Shown here: positions 36,345 to 45,110 of the stretch, one piece after another
Layout of the letters: each line of letters begins with the position of its first letter
Numbering within the stretch: the first letter of the stretch is position 1
Virus record (IMG/VR): IMGVR_UViG_3300011336_000274
Coordinates: 1 to 51,697 of that record
DNA length: 51,697 bases
DNA from: a virus
Lineage: Duplodnaviria > Caudoviricetes
Reading direction: 5' to 3' (one strand)
The notes under the pieces: model-generated
Told to the model about the DNA's origin: nothing
Databases searched by the model: none
Seen by the model: the letters and a program-made list of their open reading frames with translations, nothing else
Position numbers and translations under genes: made by a program

Positions 36345-38066
36345 ATGCCACAAGGCGGGCCAGTAAATAATCCAGCGCCAATGACTGCATTGACGCCCGG
36401 AGCGGTATATCAAGCCGGTACTAGCGGCGGGCAGGGGGGCCCTACGGCTGGTTTTTACCGGCCAAAAACAAATCAAGAACTAGCCCGCGACATAGGGGCG
36501 CAAGATGCCGCTACCATAGCGGCTGGCCCCCCAAAACCCGGCATGGTTTTTTATACTGGGGCAACGTGGGACCCCATGTCAGACCGCACACCAACCGCCG
36601 GGGGTTGGGGGTACCCCCAGAGCAATTTTGATGCTCTTGTTGGTAACATTGGTGGTATAGCGAAAACAGTGGCCCCAATAGTTTTAACAGCACTAGGCGC
36701 AAACTATGTTCTTCCTGAATTGATGGGTGTCGCTGGTACGGCTGGCGGTGCTGCTGGTGCAGGCGCTGGCGCGGGGGCTGCTGGTACTGGGGCCGCTGGC
36801 GCGGGTGCTGCTGGCGCGGGTGCTGCGGGGGCTTTAACCCCCGCCGCACTTGAGTCTTTGATTGGTACAGCCGGATACGGGGCAAGTGCGGCTGCGGGCG
36901 CTGGTTCTGGCGCTGGTGCTTATGCCGCTGGTCTTGGGGCCGCAGGTATGGGCGCCGCTGCGCCATCGGGCTACTCCACTGCTGCTGCTGATCTGTTAGG
37001 GGGCATGGGTGTTGCTGCGCCAACAAGCACGGGGGGTTTGGCGTCTGTAAATGAGATGGTAGCTTCCGGCATGTCCCCGGGGTCCGTAGGAGCTGCTGGC
37101 GCAGCGGGGACGGCTTTTACACCCGCAGAGTTGGCTGCAGCTACCGGCACCCTTCCCGCAGCAACATCTATCAATGAGATGGTAGCCTCTGGCATGTCCC
37201 CGGGGTCTGCTGGTGCGCAGGGCGCGGTGGATGGCACTTTAACTGGAAGTGCCTTAGATACTGCGTATGGTGTTAACAACGCCGCCAGTACCCTATCCAC
37301 GCTTGACGTCTTAAACGCCATTCAGAAGGCCAAGGGCTTGTTTGATAAAGGCGCAAAGATGGGGACTTCCGGTGATGGAACCGGTTCTTCCGATTCTTCT
37401 GGCACCGGAATAGATTCGGCCTTGGCTCGCGTTGGTAAAATGGGTTCGGGCGATATGTTGCAACGCCCCATCCAGCAGCTATACAACAACACCAACTCCC
37501 CGAACTTTTCCACTGGGGGCTCGGTCGACGACATTACGCGGTCCTTGCTGGCTGATTCCGCGTCGGACAGCGCGGCCCCTGTTGCGGGGACAACCTCAAA
37601 GGTGGGCGATGTGGGCAAAGGCGGCCCGTTACAGCGCGCGGTGCAGCAGATGGAACGGGATTATTTGAAGGAATTTGCAGAAGGCGGCCACAACGTGATC
37701 CCCGAGCTTGTGTCGCTGATCCGGTCGCGGGCTACGCCGCAGGACCGCTCCCACCCCCATTACGACGGCGTGCCGCTGCTGCGCACGGGCGGACTGCCGG
37801 GCCCCGGTGGAAAGTACGTTGAGGGCAAGGGCGACGGCACCAGCGACGACATCGCGGCCATGCTGGCCAACGGCGAGTACGTCTTCAGCGCCGACGTGGT
37901 GGCGGCCTTGGGCAACGGCTCCAACAAGGCCGGAGCCCAAGAGCTCGACAGGATGGTGCGGGCCATCCGGTCGCGGGCACGGTCGGCGCCCCCCGACAAG
38001 TTGCCCCCGGATGCCAAGTCCCCGCTAGAATACATGCAGTCCTCAAAGGGGAAAAAATATGGCTGA
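36345..38066 (+). CDS. putative internal virion/ejection protein with C-terminal tape-measure-type GDGTSDDI...NGEYV domain
   Basis: Gly/Ala-rich hydrophobic middle; FSTGG, FAEGG, LRTGG motifs; GKGDGTSDDIAAMLANGEYVFSADVV. Confidence 0.7.
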   Translation: MPQGGPVNNPAPMTALTPGAVYQAGTSGGQGGPTAGFYRPKTNQELARDIGAQDAATIAAGPPKPGMVFYTGATWDPMSDRTPTAGGWGYPQSNFDALVGNIGGIAKTVAPIVLTALGANYVLPELMGVAGTAGGAAGAGAGAGAAGTGAAGAGAAGAGAAGALTPAALESLIGTAGYGASAAAGAGSGAGAYAAGLGAAGMGAAAPSGYSTAAADLLGGMGVAAPTSTGGLASVNEMVASGMSPGSVGAAGAAGTAFTPAELAAATGTLPAATSINEMVASGMSPGSAGAQGAVDGTLTGSALDTAYGVNNAASTLSTLDVLNAIQKAKGLFDKGAKMGTSGDGTGSSDSSGTGIDSALARVGKMGSGDMLQRPIQQLYNNTNSPNFSTGGSVDDITRSLLADSASDSAAPVAGTTSKVGDVGKGGPLQRAVQQMERDYLKEFAEGGHNVIPELVSLIRSRATPQDRSHPHYDGVPLLRTGGLPGPGGKYVEGKGDGTSDDIAAMLANGEYVFSADVVAALGNGSNKAGAQELDRMVRAIRSRARSAPPDKLPPDAKSPLEYMQSSKGKKYG

Positions 38067-39078
38067 TATTACCCAGTCGTCAAACGTAGCCACGACTAGC
38101 CCCACAGGTGATCTAGGGAATGCCTACCTAACGAACACCACGCAGGCGCTGAACGCCAACACCGCCGCGTCGAGCAACATTGTGGACCCGACGACGGGCC
38201 AGCTTACTGCCGCCGCCAAGACGGCGTATGACCCCAACGCGTTGCAGACCCAAGCCTTCACCAACGCAGCGGGCAACGTGGGGAACTACATCCCCGGACT
38301 ATCGGCGGCGAACACCACCGTAAATAACGCGGGCAACACCGACATCGTTGGTGCGGCCAACCCCTACCTGACGGCAGGAACGAGCAGCTCCGCCGATCTG
38401 GTGGGCGGGTACATGAACCCGTACATCCAGAACGTAGTGGACCAGATTAGGCTTGCCAATGAGCAGAACATCCAGCAGAACTTGGCCCCCGGCCTTACTG
38501 CGGGTGCGGTGGGCGGCGGCCAGTTTGGATCGCAACGCGGGGCCAATGCCCTGTCCTTGGGCATATCCAACGCCAACATCGGCGCGCTCGGAAAACAGAG
38601 CGAGGCGCTGCAGTCGGGCTATGCTCAGGCACTGGCGGCGGCCCAAGCCCAGCGCGAAGCCCAAATGAAGGCCGCCAATATAGCCACTACCGCCACTACC
38701 GCGCAGGGTAAGCTGGGCCTTGATACTGGTGCGGCTCAGGCCGCACTTGCCAAGCAGTTGCAGTTGCAAGGGCTGGCGGACACCGATGCGTTGCTGAAGA
38801 CCGGAACTGCCGAGCAAACTATCGCCACAAACCGGCTGATGGCTCCGCTGGACGTACTGGGCAAGACCCTTGGGAACACCTCGGGCGTGGTGCTGCCCGC
38901 CTCAAGCACCAGCGTGATAAATATGTCGCCGTTGTCTCAGATTAGCGGTCTTGCTGCGCTAGGCGCCGGTGCGTTTACTAAAGACGCCACCGGGAAGTCT
39001 CCGTTGGACAATTTCTTGGACGCGTATAAAACGTATTTTGGGACTAATTCCGGGACTAATTCCGGAACTACTCCGTAA
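38059..39078 (+). CDS. putative DNA ejection/pilot protein
   Basis: YMNPYxxNV...AxxxGQFGSxR motif, Ala/Gln-rich helices, hydrophobic C-terminal segment. Confidence 0.65.
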   Translation: MADITQSSNVATTSPTGDLGNAYLTNTTQALNANTAASSNIVDPTTGQLTAAAKTAYDPNALQTQAFTNAAGNVGNYIPGLSAANTTVNNAGNTDIVGAANPYLTAGTSSSADLVGGYMNPYIQNVVDQIRLANEQNIQQNLAPGLTAGAVGGGQFGSQRGANALSLGISNANIGALGKQSEALQSGYAQALAAAQAQREAQMKAANIATTATTAQGKLGLDTGAAQAALAKQLQLQGLADTDALLKTGTAEQTIATNRLMAPLDVLGKTLGNTSGVVLPASSTSVINMSPLSQISGLAALGAGAFTKDATGKSPLDNFLDAYKTYFGTNSGTNSGTTP

Positions 39079-39088
39079 GGAATAAATT

Positions 39089-40891
39089 ATGGCGACAACA
39101 TCCCCTTTGGATATTCTCAACGCGGGCCTGCAAGCCTCGTTGAAAGCCCCAATTGTCAACAAGACAGACGAGCAGTTGCAAGCAGAAATTAAGGGTCTTG
39201 ATACGGCGGAACAGGCGCTCAAGCAACGCTACGCTAACCCTAATTGGTTTAACGTGGCTGCGGGCTTCTTGAAGCCTCAATTGGGCGGTTTTGGGGCATC
39301 CTTGGGCAGCGCGGCACAGGCTTTAGGTGAGAATTTAGAAAAACAACGGGAAAACGAACTCCCTCTGTTTGCGGTACGCGCGCAAGTGGGTGCCATGAAA
39401 GGTCAAATGGCCAACCGCCAATTGGCTGCACAAGCCTACGAAGCCGCTAGAAAAGGAAATTTTGATCCTGAAGGCCTTCCCGCATTACAGGGTACGCTAA
39501 CTTCCTACGGCGCTCCCGAGCTGGCAGATTCCGTTGGTAAGATGATTGAGACAAGGCAGAAAGATCGCGCTTTGGAGACCACTTCCCAGCAACTTCTGAC
39601 TGCTCAGATGACGGAAGATAGAAATTTGCTTACAGAACGCCGTAAACTAGATTTGATTTCGGAAGATGAGTACAAAAAAGGCCTTGAAGAAATATTCAAC
39701 CGCCGAGTGGAACGGCCCAAACCAACAATTCCCGGAACCACCGGCGCTGGTAAACCCGTGGTTACTGCACCCGTGGCGGATAAACCCGTGGTTACTGCGC
39801 CCGTAGCGGATAAACCCGTGGCTGCTGTTGAGGGGTTTAAACCCCTTGACCCAAAAGGAGATTTGGCTTACGACAAGCTGACGCCTAGTCAACAAGCGGC
39901 AGTTAATACCCGTCTGAACAAGTTGCTCGTAGATTCTAATTTGCGTCCAATAATGGGCACTGATACCGGAAAAGAATCGTGGAATAGGAATACCGATACG
40001 TTGAGAACAAAAAATCCAGTAGGACTTTCCGATCTTATAGCAGAAATAAATGCCGAAGGTTCTTTGAATTCTACTTTAGCCGCCCCCAGTGCAACGGCTA
40101 AAGCGCCCGCGCCTGCTGCTCTTACAACGGCTAAAGCGCCCACACCTGCTGCAGCACCTAAAGAATTTAAATACGAAGATAAGTACGCGTTACCGCACGC
40201 TACCCCAATGACGGCAACACAACAAAAAGAAAATGCCGCAGCGGTTGCTAACGCCGCAAAGCAAAATGCTAATGATGAAAACTATTACAACGCTGTTAAA
40301 TCTATTTCACAACCAATACAATTTAAAATAGCAGAAGATGCTAATACTTTTATAATAGATCAATTTACAAAAAACCCTGATGATGTTAAAGCGGTAATGG
40401 ATTTGGTTCGTAAGGCGGGCGGTTTAGCTGCTATGGTAAACCAAGGTTTGGGTGTGTCCTTTAACGGACCATTTGCGGTGAATGTTTCCATACCCGTAGA
40501 AAGTGGATTGATAGCGTCTTTAAGCGAAAACCAACGAACACTTTTTGATGCTATGGCCCAAAGCGCGGCAACAAGTGCGTATTTCAATATGAAACAACGC
40601 GGGATTGATCCTGAGCAAGCGGGCATTGGTAAGTTTGGGGCGCAGATGCAACAAGAGATAGGCTTAAAACAAACCCCCGGCGCTTTGTTTTTCGCCGCCA
40701 ATAAAAACCGAGCAAACTTGCACATGGCAAAAGAAACCGCAGATATTTTTGACAAAGAATTACCAAAAGTAAAAACTTACAACGCTCCGCACTATGCGGT
40801 ACGGCGGCAGTCCCCCGACATATTTAAATTAGAACGTAAATACGATTTAATAAACGCTGAACACAATAAAGCCTTTAGTGGTAGGCAATAG
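39089..40891 (+). CDS. putative internal virion/ejection protein
   Basis: Helical 600-aa protein in ejectosome position; AAGFLxPxxxGFGxSLG motif. Confidence 0.6.
   Translation: MATTSPLDILNAGLQASLKAPIVNKTDEQLQAEIKGLDTAEQALKQRYANPNWFNVAAGFLKPQLGGFGASLGSAAQALGENLEKQRENELPLFAVRAQVGAMKGQMANRQLAAQAYEAARKGNFDPEGLPALQGTLTSYGAPELADSVGKMIETRQKDRALETTSQQLLTAQMTEDRNLLTERRKLDLISEDEYKKGLEEIFNRRVERPKPTIPGTTGAGKPVVTAPVADKPVVTAPVADKPVAAVEGFKPLDPKGDLAYDKLTPSQQAAVNTRLNKLLVDSNLRPIMGTDTGKESWNRNTDTLRTKNPVGLSDLIAEINAEGSLNSTLAAPSATAKAPAPAALTTAKAPTPAAAPKEFKYEDKYALPHATPMTATQQKENAAAVANAAKQNANDENYYNAVKSISQPIQFKIAEDANTFIIDQFTKNPDDVKAVMDLVRKAGGLAAMVNQGLGVSFNGPFAVNVSIPVESGLIASLSENQRTLFDAMAQSAATSAYFNMKQRGIDPEQAGIGKFGAQMQQEIGLKQTPGALFFAANKNRANLHMAKETADIFDKELPKVKTYNAPHYAVRRQSPDIFKLERKYDLINAEHNKAFSGRQ
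39751..39827 (+). repeat. 30-nt tandem repeat x2.5 (KPVVTAPVAD linker)
   Basis: TAAACCCGTGGTTACTGCNCCCGTRGCGGA units, in frame. Confidence 0.85.
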
Positions 40892-40900
40892 GAGGTCAGT

Positions 40901-42193
40901 ATGGATGAAGAACAGAAAGCCGCATTAATAAAAGAAGCCGAAGCTGAGGCTGCAGCGTACTTAAAAGGTGCAACACCTACCGCCAATGCCGCTGCTACCG
41001 CAGAACAGGGTGAAGGGTACGCCCTTCCAAAAGAAATTGCGAATGTTTACGCTGCCTTGCGTAACGACAAAAAAAATGTAAAAGTTGATGAAAACGGTAG
41101 TCTCATGCCTTCCCCCGAAACAGCGGCTATGCTGGGGGCAGGAGTAGGAGCGTATGCCCAGCACACCGGAAGAACGTTAGGGAATGGGTTGTTGCGGCCC
41201 GGAGAGGGCGTGTACTCTGCCCCCGCGCCACCTGTTGCGCCCGTTGTTGCACCCGCCGCGTCCGCGCCCCCCGCTGGCCCAAGTCTGGTGGACACCCAGA
41301 TCGCTGCGGTTACCGAGCGCCAGCGTTTGGTGGATGAGGCCCTTAACGCTAACCTGCGACGGATAACCGGGGACCCAAAAGCAAACTACGCCGGGTTTTC
41401 AGAAGAACAAATAAACCGCCTTTTCAGTGGAGGGGATTCCGACACGCTTAATACGCCGGGGACTTCTCGGGAATACACGCACAACGACGAATCTTCACGA
41501 AAAGCGGATGTAACCAGCTTAAACCGAGAAAGGCTGGGTTTAGTGGGACTAGACCCCCGGGTGGCGGTGGAGCAAGCAGGGCCTATGGTAACGTTGGCCG
41601 GTAGCCGCATAGGGGTGCCTCCCCAAGTGGCCGTTGGTCTAAATCAAAATAATCAGGCCGGAGCAGCCGCAGAAGCCGAACGTCTGCGGCAAGAGCACGT
41701 CCGTCAAACCCGAATAAACGAATCCACACTCGCAGCATTGAATGCCAAAAAGCAAGCGGACACCGAAGCCGCAGAGCGATCAGCCGCCAATAAGGCTATA
41801 GCCGACCAAGAGGCCGCAATACGGGCGCATTCAGCCGCGCAAAGAGGCCAAAGAAATGCGGGGCTCAGGGCCGGTGCCGGAAAAGTTGGTTTAGGCGCCC
41901 TTGGAGGCGCAGAAACAGGCTTACAGGCTCTCAACATGTACAACAACTACCGCGCGGGAGTAAGCCCCGACTTTACCGAAAAACTAAGTCTCGCGGGGGG
42001 CTTGGCGTCCATGTTCGGGAAGTCTGCTTTGGGTGTTCTGGGGCAAGCTGCTCAAGTGCCTTATCTTGTTAAGCACCGGGAAGACATCGCTCGTGCCATG
42101 AAGATGCGCGATGTCATGCCGGACACTATGCGAATTCTAATGGGGCAAGGGGAAGGCGAAGAACCTGCCTTCCCCGCCCTACAAAAGCCGTAG
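40901..42193 (+). CDS. putative internal virion/ejection protein
   Basis: AGGAGG SD; Ala-rich helical protein, last gene of the late operon. Confidence 0.6.
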   Translation: MDEEQKAALIKEAEAEAAAYLKGATPTANAAATAEQGEGYALPKEIANVYAALRNDKKNVKVDENGSLMPSPETAAMLGAGVGAYAQHTGRTLGNGLLRPGEGVYSAPAPPVAPVVAPAASAPPAGPSLVDTQIAAVTERQRLVDEALNANLRRITGDPKANYAGFSEEQINRLFSGGDSDTLNTPGTSREYTHNDESSRKADVTSLNRERLGLVGLDPRVAVEQAGPMVTLAGSRIGVPPQVAVGLNQNNQAGAAAEAERLRQEHVRQTRINESTLAALNAKKQADTEAAERSAANKAIADQEAAIRAHSAAQRGQRNAGLRAGAGKVGLGALGGAETGLQALNMYNNYRAGVSPDFTEKLSLAGGLASMFGKSALGVLGQAAQVPYLVKHREDIARAMKMRDVMPDTMRILMGQGEGEEPAFPALQKP

Positions 42194-42262
42194 GTGTGGG
42201 AAGATTTCTAGCAGTGCCAACAGCACTAAAACCAGCCAGCAGGCGTTAACAACGCGGATCAC
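42179..42262 (-). CDS. possible 27-aa hydrophobic peptide
   Basis: GTG overlapping the upstream TGA; single TM-like stretch; overlaps 3' end of the convergent gene. Confidence 0.3.
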   Translation of the reverse strand: MIRVVNACWLVLVLLALLEIFPHLRLL

Positions 42263-42501
42263 ATCCCACCCCGCTTCTCGGTGAGCGCCAGCGCCACCAA
42301 GGGGTTGATGGACTGCACGAACTCGATGCACAGCTTGCGCTCCTTGCGGGCGTAGATCAGCGCCACCTTCTCCTCGACCTTGCGCCCGAACTCGTTGATG
42401 TCGAGGTTGTTGGCGTACAGGCCGTTGGGGTCGATGAGGCTGTTCGGGGACTGGCACTTGCAGTCCATGAGGACCATCTTGAGATCGTGTTCGGTAAGCA
42501 T
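42259..42501 (-). CDS. hypothetical protein (MLTEHDLK...)
   Basis: AGGA SD before ATG 42501; high GC3. Confidence 0.7.
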   Translation of the reverse strand: MLTEHDLKMVLMDCKCQSPNSLIDPNGLYANNLDINEFGRKVEEKVALIYARKERKLCIEFVQSINPLVALALTEKRGGM

Positions 42502-42534
42502 GGTGTTTCCTATCGGTGTAACTTGGGGTTTGAT

Positions 42535-42540
42535 TATAAT
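42535..42540 (+). promoter_or_regulatory. -10 box (TATAAT) of a probable leaderless transcript
   Basis: Perfect TATAAT 6 nt before ATG 42547, no SD. Confidence 0.55.
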
Positions 42541-42546
42541 GCAGGC

Positions 42547-42747
42547 ATGAACCTGCAAGAATACTTTAGCTCGGATGTGCGGGGTGCCAAAGGCGAGATG
42601 GCCGAGTACCTCAAGATCACCCCCACGTGGATGGCCCTGCTCATTGCGGGGACCCGTCAGCCTTCGCCCATGCTGGCGCTGAAGATTGAGGAGGCGACGC
42701 AGGGGATGGTGACCCGGCAAGAGCTTCGGCCAGATATTTTTCGCTGA
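42547..42747 (+). CDS. Cro/YdaS-like HTH transcriptional regulator
   Basis: MAEYLKITPTW...PSPxLAxKIExATxGxVTRxELRPDIF signature. Confidence 0.85.
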   Translation: MNLQEYFSSDVRGAKGEMAEYLKITPTWMALLIAGTRQPSPMLALKIEEATQGMVTRQELRPDIFR

Positions 42748-42871
42748 CCGCCAGCCGCCACGCGGCCAGCAGCATCTTGTTGTCGTCCCGCAGCCGCCGG
42801 TTTTCCTCGCTCACCTCCTCGGCGTACTTCGCCAAGTTCTCCTGCTTCCAGCTCGCAAAGTCGGCCATCAT
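42641..42871 (-). CDS. hypothetical protein (MADFASWKQENL...)
   Basis: Coupled to helicase stop; 3' part overlaps the Cro-like gene antisense. Confidence 0.65.
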   Translation of the reverse strand: MMADFASWKQENLAKYAEEVSEENRRLRDDNKMLLAAWRLAVSEKYLAEALAGSPSPASPPQSSAPAWAKADGSPQ

Positions 42872-44244
42872 TTCTTTCTCCGTTTCTTCATTGAGTCCAG
42901 CAGGATGTCCTGCACCCTGCGCTTGGTGGTGAGCCGGTCCAGCACCAGCTCGTCGACGGTGTCGCGGGCGATGATCCGGTAGATGAACACCGGGCGGTCG
43001 TAGCCCGCCTGCATCTGCCGGGTGGGGCCGATCCGCTCGATGATCTGCAGGTGCTCCTCAAGGTTCCAGTTGGGCGAGAAGAACACCAAGATGTTGCCGC
43101 CGTCCTGCAGGTTCAGGCCGTGGCCTGCGCTGGCCGGGTGGGCAAACAGCACCGGTATCTTGCCCTTGTTCCAGTCCGCGATGGTGCCGGGGTTCTTGTC
43201 CAGATGCCGCCCCTGCGGGAAGGCCTTGAGCAGCCGCGCCAAGTCGCTCTTGAAGTTGTAGGCCACCAGCACCGGCATGCCCGAGGCCTCCTCGATGATT
43301 GACTCCAAGGCCTCCAGCTTGACCTTGTGGGTCTCCGTCCAGTTCTTGCGGGTGTCGTCGGTGTAGGCCGCGCCAGCGGCGAGCTGCAGGCACTTGATGG
43401 TCTTGGCCGCCGCGTTGAAGGCCTCGACCTCAATGCCCTCGAGCTCGGTGTACATCTCGTCCTCCATGTCGCGGTAGTGCTTGCGCGCCTTGGGCGGCAG
43501 GACCACCATGACGTCGGTGACGATGGGCTCGTGCAGGTCGAACCAGTCCTTGGCCTCGATGGTCAGGCAGACGTCGCGCAGCTTGTCCTGAATCTCGGTC
43601 TGGGCGGCGGGCGTGGGTATCAGGCTGAAGCCGTCGTAGCCCTGCTGGAACCAGCGCTGGCTGAAGGCGTTGTAGGTGCGCCCCAGCCGGGTGCCCGCGT
43701 CCAAGAACCACGACTGGCCCCACAGGTCCTTCAGGCCGTTGCTGGCCGGGGTGCCGGTCAGCTCAATAATCCGCTTGATCTTGGTGTGGGCGATCTTGCC
43801 CAAGGCTTGGGCGCGCTTGCCGCCCTGACGCAGCCGGAAGTTCTTGACCTTGGTGGACTCGTCCAGCACCACCGTGGCGTAGGGCCACCTGTCGCCCCAG
43901 TACTCCACCAGCCAGACGATCTGCTCGTAGTTGGTGACGTAGACCTGCGCAGGCGTCTTGATGGCGGCTATGCGCTCCTTCTCCACGCCGGTGATCACGG
44001 ACACGTTCACGTCGCGCAGGTGCTTCCACTTGAGCACCTCGTTGGGCCACGTGTCGTTGGCCACCCGCAGGGGCGCAATGACCAGCACGGGGCCGTCCTC
44101 GACCATCTGGAGCGTGTCCAGCGCGGTCAGGGTGGCCACGGTCTTGCCGGTGCCCATACCGGCCCAGATCGCGCACCGTGGGGTGTCGATGATGTGGTCG
44201 ATGATCATGCCCTGATACGGGCGGGGGATGAACTCAGTCCTCAT
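42868..44244 (-). CDS. SNF2-family helicase
   Basis: MGTGKT, VIAPLRV, LDES, LTGTP, HPASAGHGLNLQ motifs. Confidence 0.92.
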   Translation of the reverse strand: MRTEFIPRPYQGMIIDHIIDTPRCAIWAGMGTGKTVATLTALDTLQMVEDGPVLVIAPLRVANDTWPNEVLKWKHLRDVNVSVITGVEKERIAAIKTPAQVYVTNYEQIVWLVEYWGDRWPYATVVLDESTKVKNFRLRQGGKRAQALGKIAHTKIKRIIELTGTPASNGLKDLWGQSWFLDAGTRLGRTYNAFSQRWFQQGYDGFSLIPTPAAQTEIQDKLRDVCLTIEAKDWFDLHEPIVTDVMVVLPPKARKHYRDMEDEMYTELEGIEVEAFNAAAKTIKCLQLAAGAAYTDDTRKNWTETHKVKLEALESIIEEASGMPVLVAYNFKSDLARLLKAFPQGRHLDKNPGTIADWNKGKIPVLFAHPASAGHGLNLQDGGNILVFFSPNWNLEEHLQIIERIGPTRQMQAGYDRPVFIYRIIARDTVDELVLDRLTTKRRVQDILLDSMKKRRKK

Positions 44245-44537
44245 GCCAGCAGCGCGTCAACGCCCTCGATGCTGTCGATCACCACCACGCGCTGGCCCAC
44301 GCGCCGCATGCGCACGTGCTCGCGGAGCTGGTGCGGCTCGGGGACCTCGCCGGTGGCCTTCAGCTCCACCCAGAGGGCGGTGCCCCACATCCCGTCAATA
44401 AATTTTTGATTGGTTACGGGAAACATCACCAGCCGGTCAGGCGCGCCGCGCCGCCCGATCCACTTGACCTTGCGGACCTCGCCGCCCAGTGCCTTGACCT
44501 TCTTGACAAGGTACTTCTCAATCTCAGATTCGCGCAT
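44241..44537 (-). CDS. VRR-NUC domain nuclease
   Basis: MRESxIE...GAPDR...VELK...Q motif. Confidence 0.9.
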   Translation of the reverse strand: MRESEIEKYLVKKVKALGGEVRKVKWIGRRGAPDRLVMFPVTNQKFIDGMWGTALWVELKATGEVPEPHQLREHVRMRRVGQRVVVIDSIEGVDALLA

Positions 44538-44551
44538 ATCAACCCTTCAAT

Positions 44552-45073
44552 TTATATGTGTTTCCAAACTCGTCTCGCTCTAATCGCCCAAATGTGCGGT
44601 AGCCCGACCCCAAACTTATTTGCGAGTTCTGCCCCCGGCAAATTAGAAGCGCGTATGTCTCTTACATCGGTGTCGGTTAGCCGAGCGCCACCATGCCGCT
44701 CGCCTTTACATACCCGCCCATTCTTCTGTCTGTCGTTTTCGTTTTCTTCTTTTGTTCCGTAACGCAGATTGGAAATAAAGTTATCCATCTTGTTGTCATC
44801 GGCGTGCAGGGCTTCCAATCCTTTTGGCTTGGGTCCTTTGAAGGTAAAAAGGACTAAGTCATGGACAAACCACTGCTCTCGGCGGTTTTTTTCCGCCAAA
44901 GTAACGCATAAATACCGCCCACCTTTTGGTAGCGGAACCAAAAATCGGCCTTTTCTTGTTGCAAAAATTCCGAGCTTTTTGGTGCCCACCCGCATGTCTT
45001 TAGACCGTACGCGGCCTTGATCGCTTACTTCGTACCTATCTTCCCAACCGGGAATGCCTTTCCATATTTCCAT
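44552..45073 (-). mobile_element. NUMOD4-HNH homing endonuclease gene
   Basis: WKxIPGW..RYEVSDQGRVRS (NUMOD4); VHxLV...H.DDNK.DN..SNLRYGT..EN (HNH); low GC. Confidence 0.9.
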
Positions 45074-45110
45074 GTCAGTCTCCTTAGTAGGGCTACATCG
45101 TACTACAAGA

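Noticed and set aside
36745-36960. GCTGGCGCGGGT-type tandem repeats as a separate element
   Set aside because: Simply encode a Gly/Ala low-complexity stretch of the ejection protein
39751-40160. 30-nt and 33-nt direct repeats resembling a mini CRISPR array
   Set aside because: Contiguous, in-frame, no unique spacers; they encode Pro/Ala linkers
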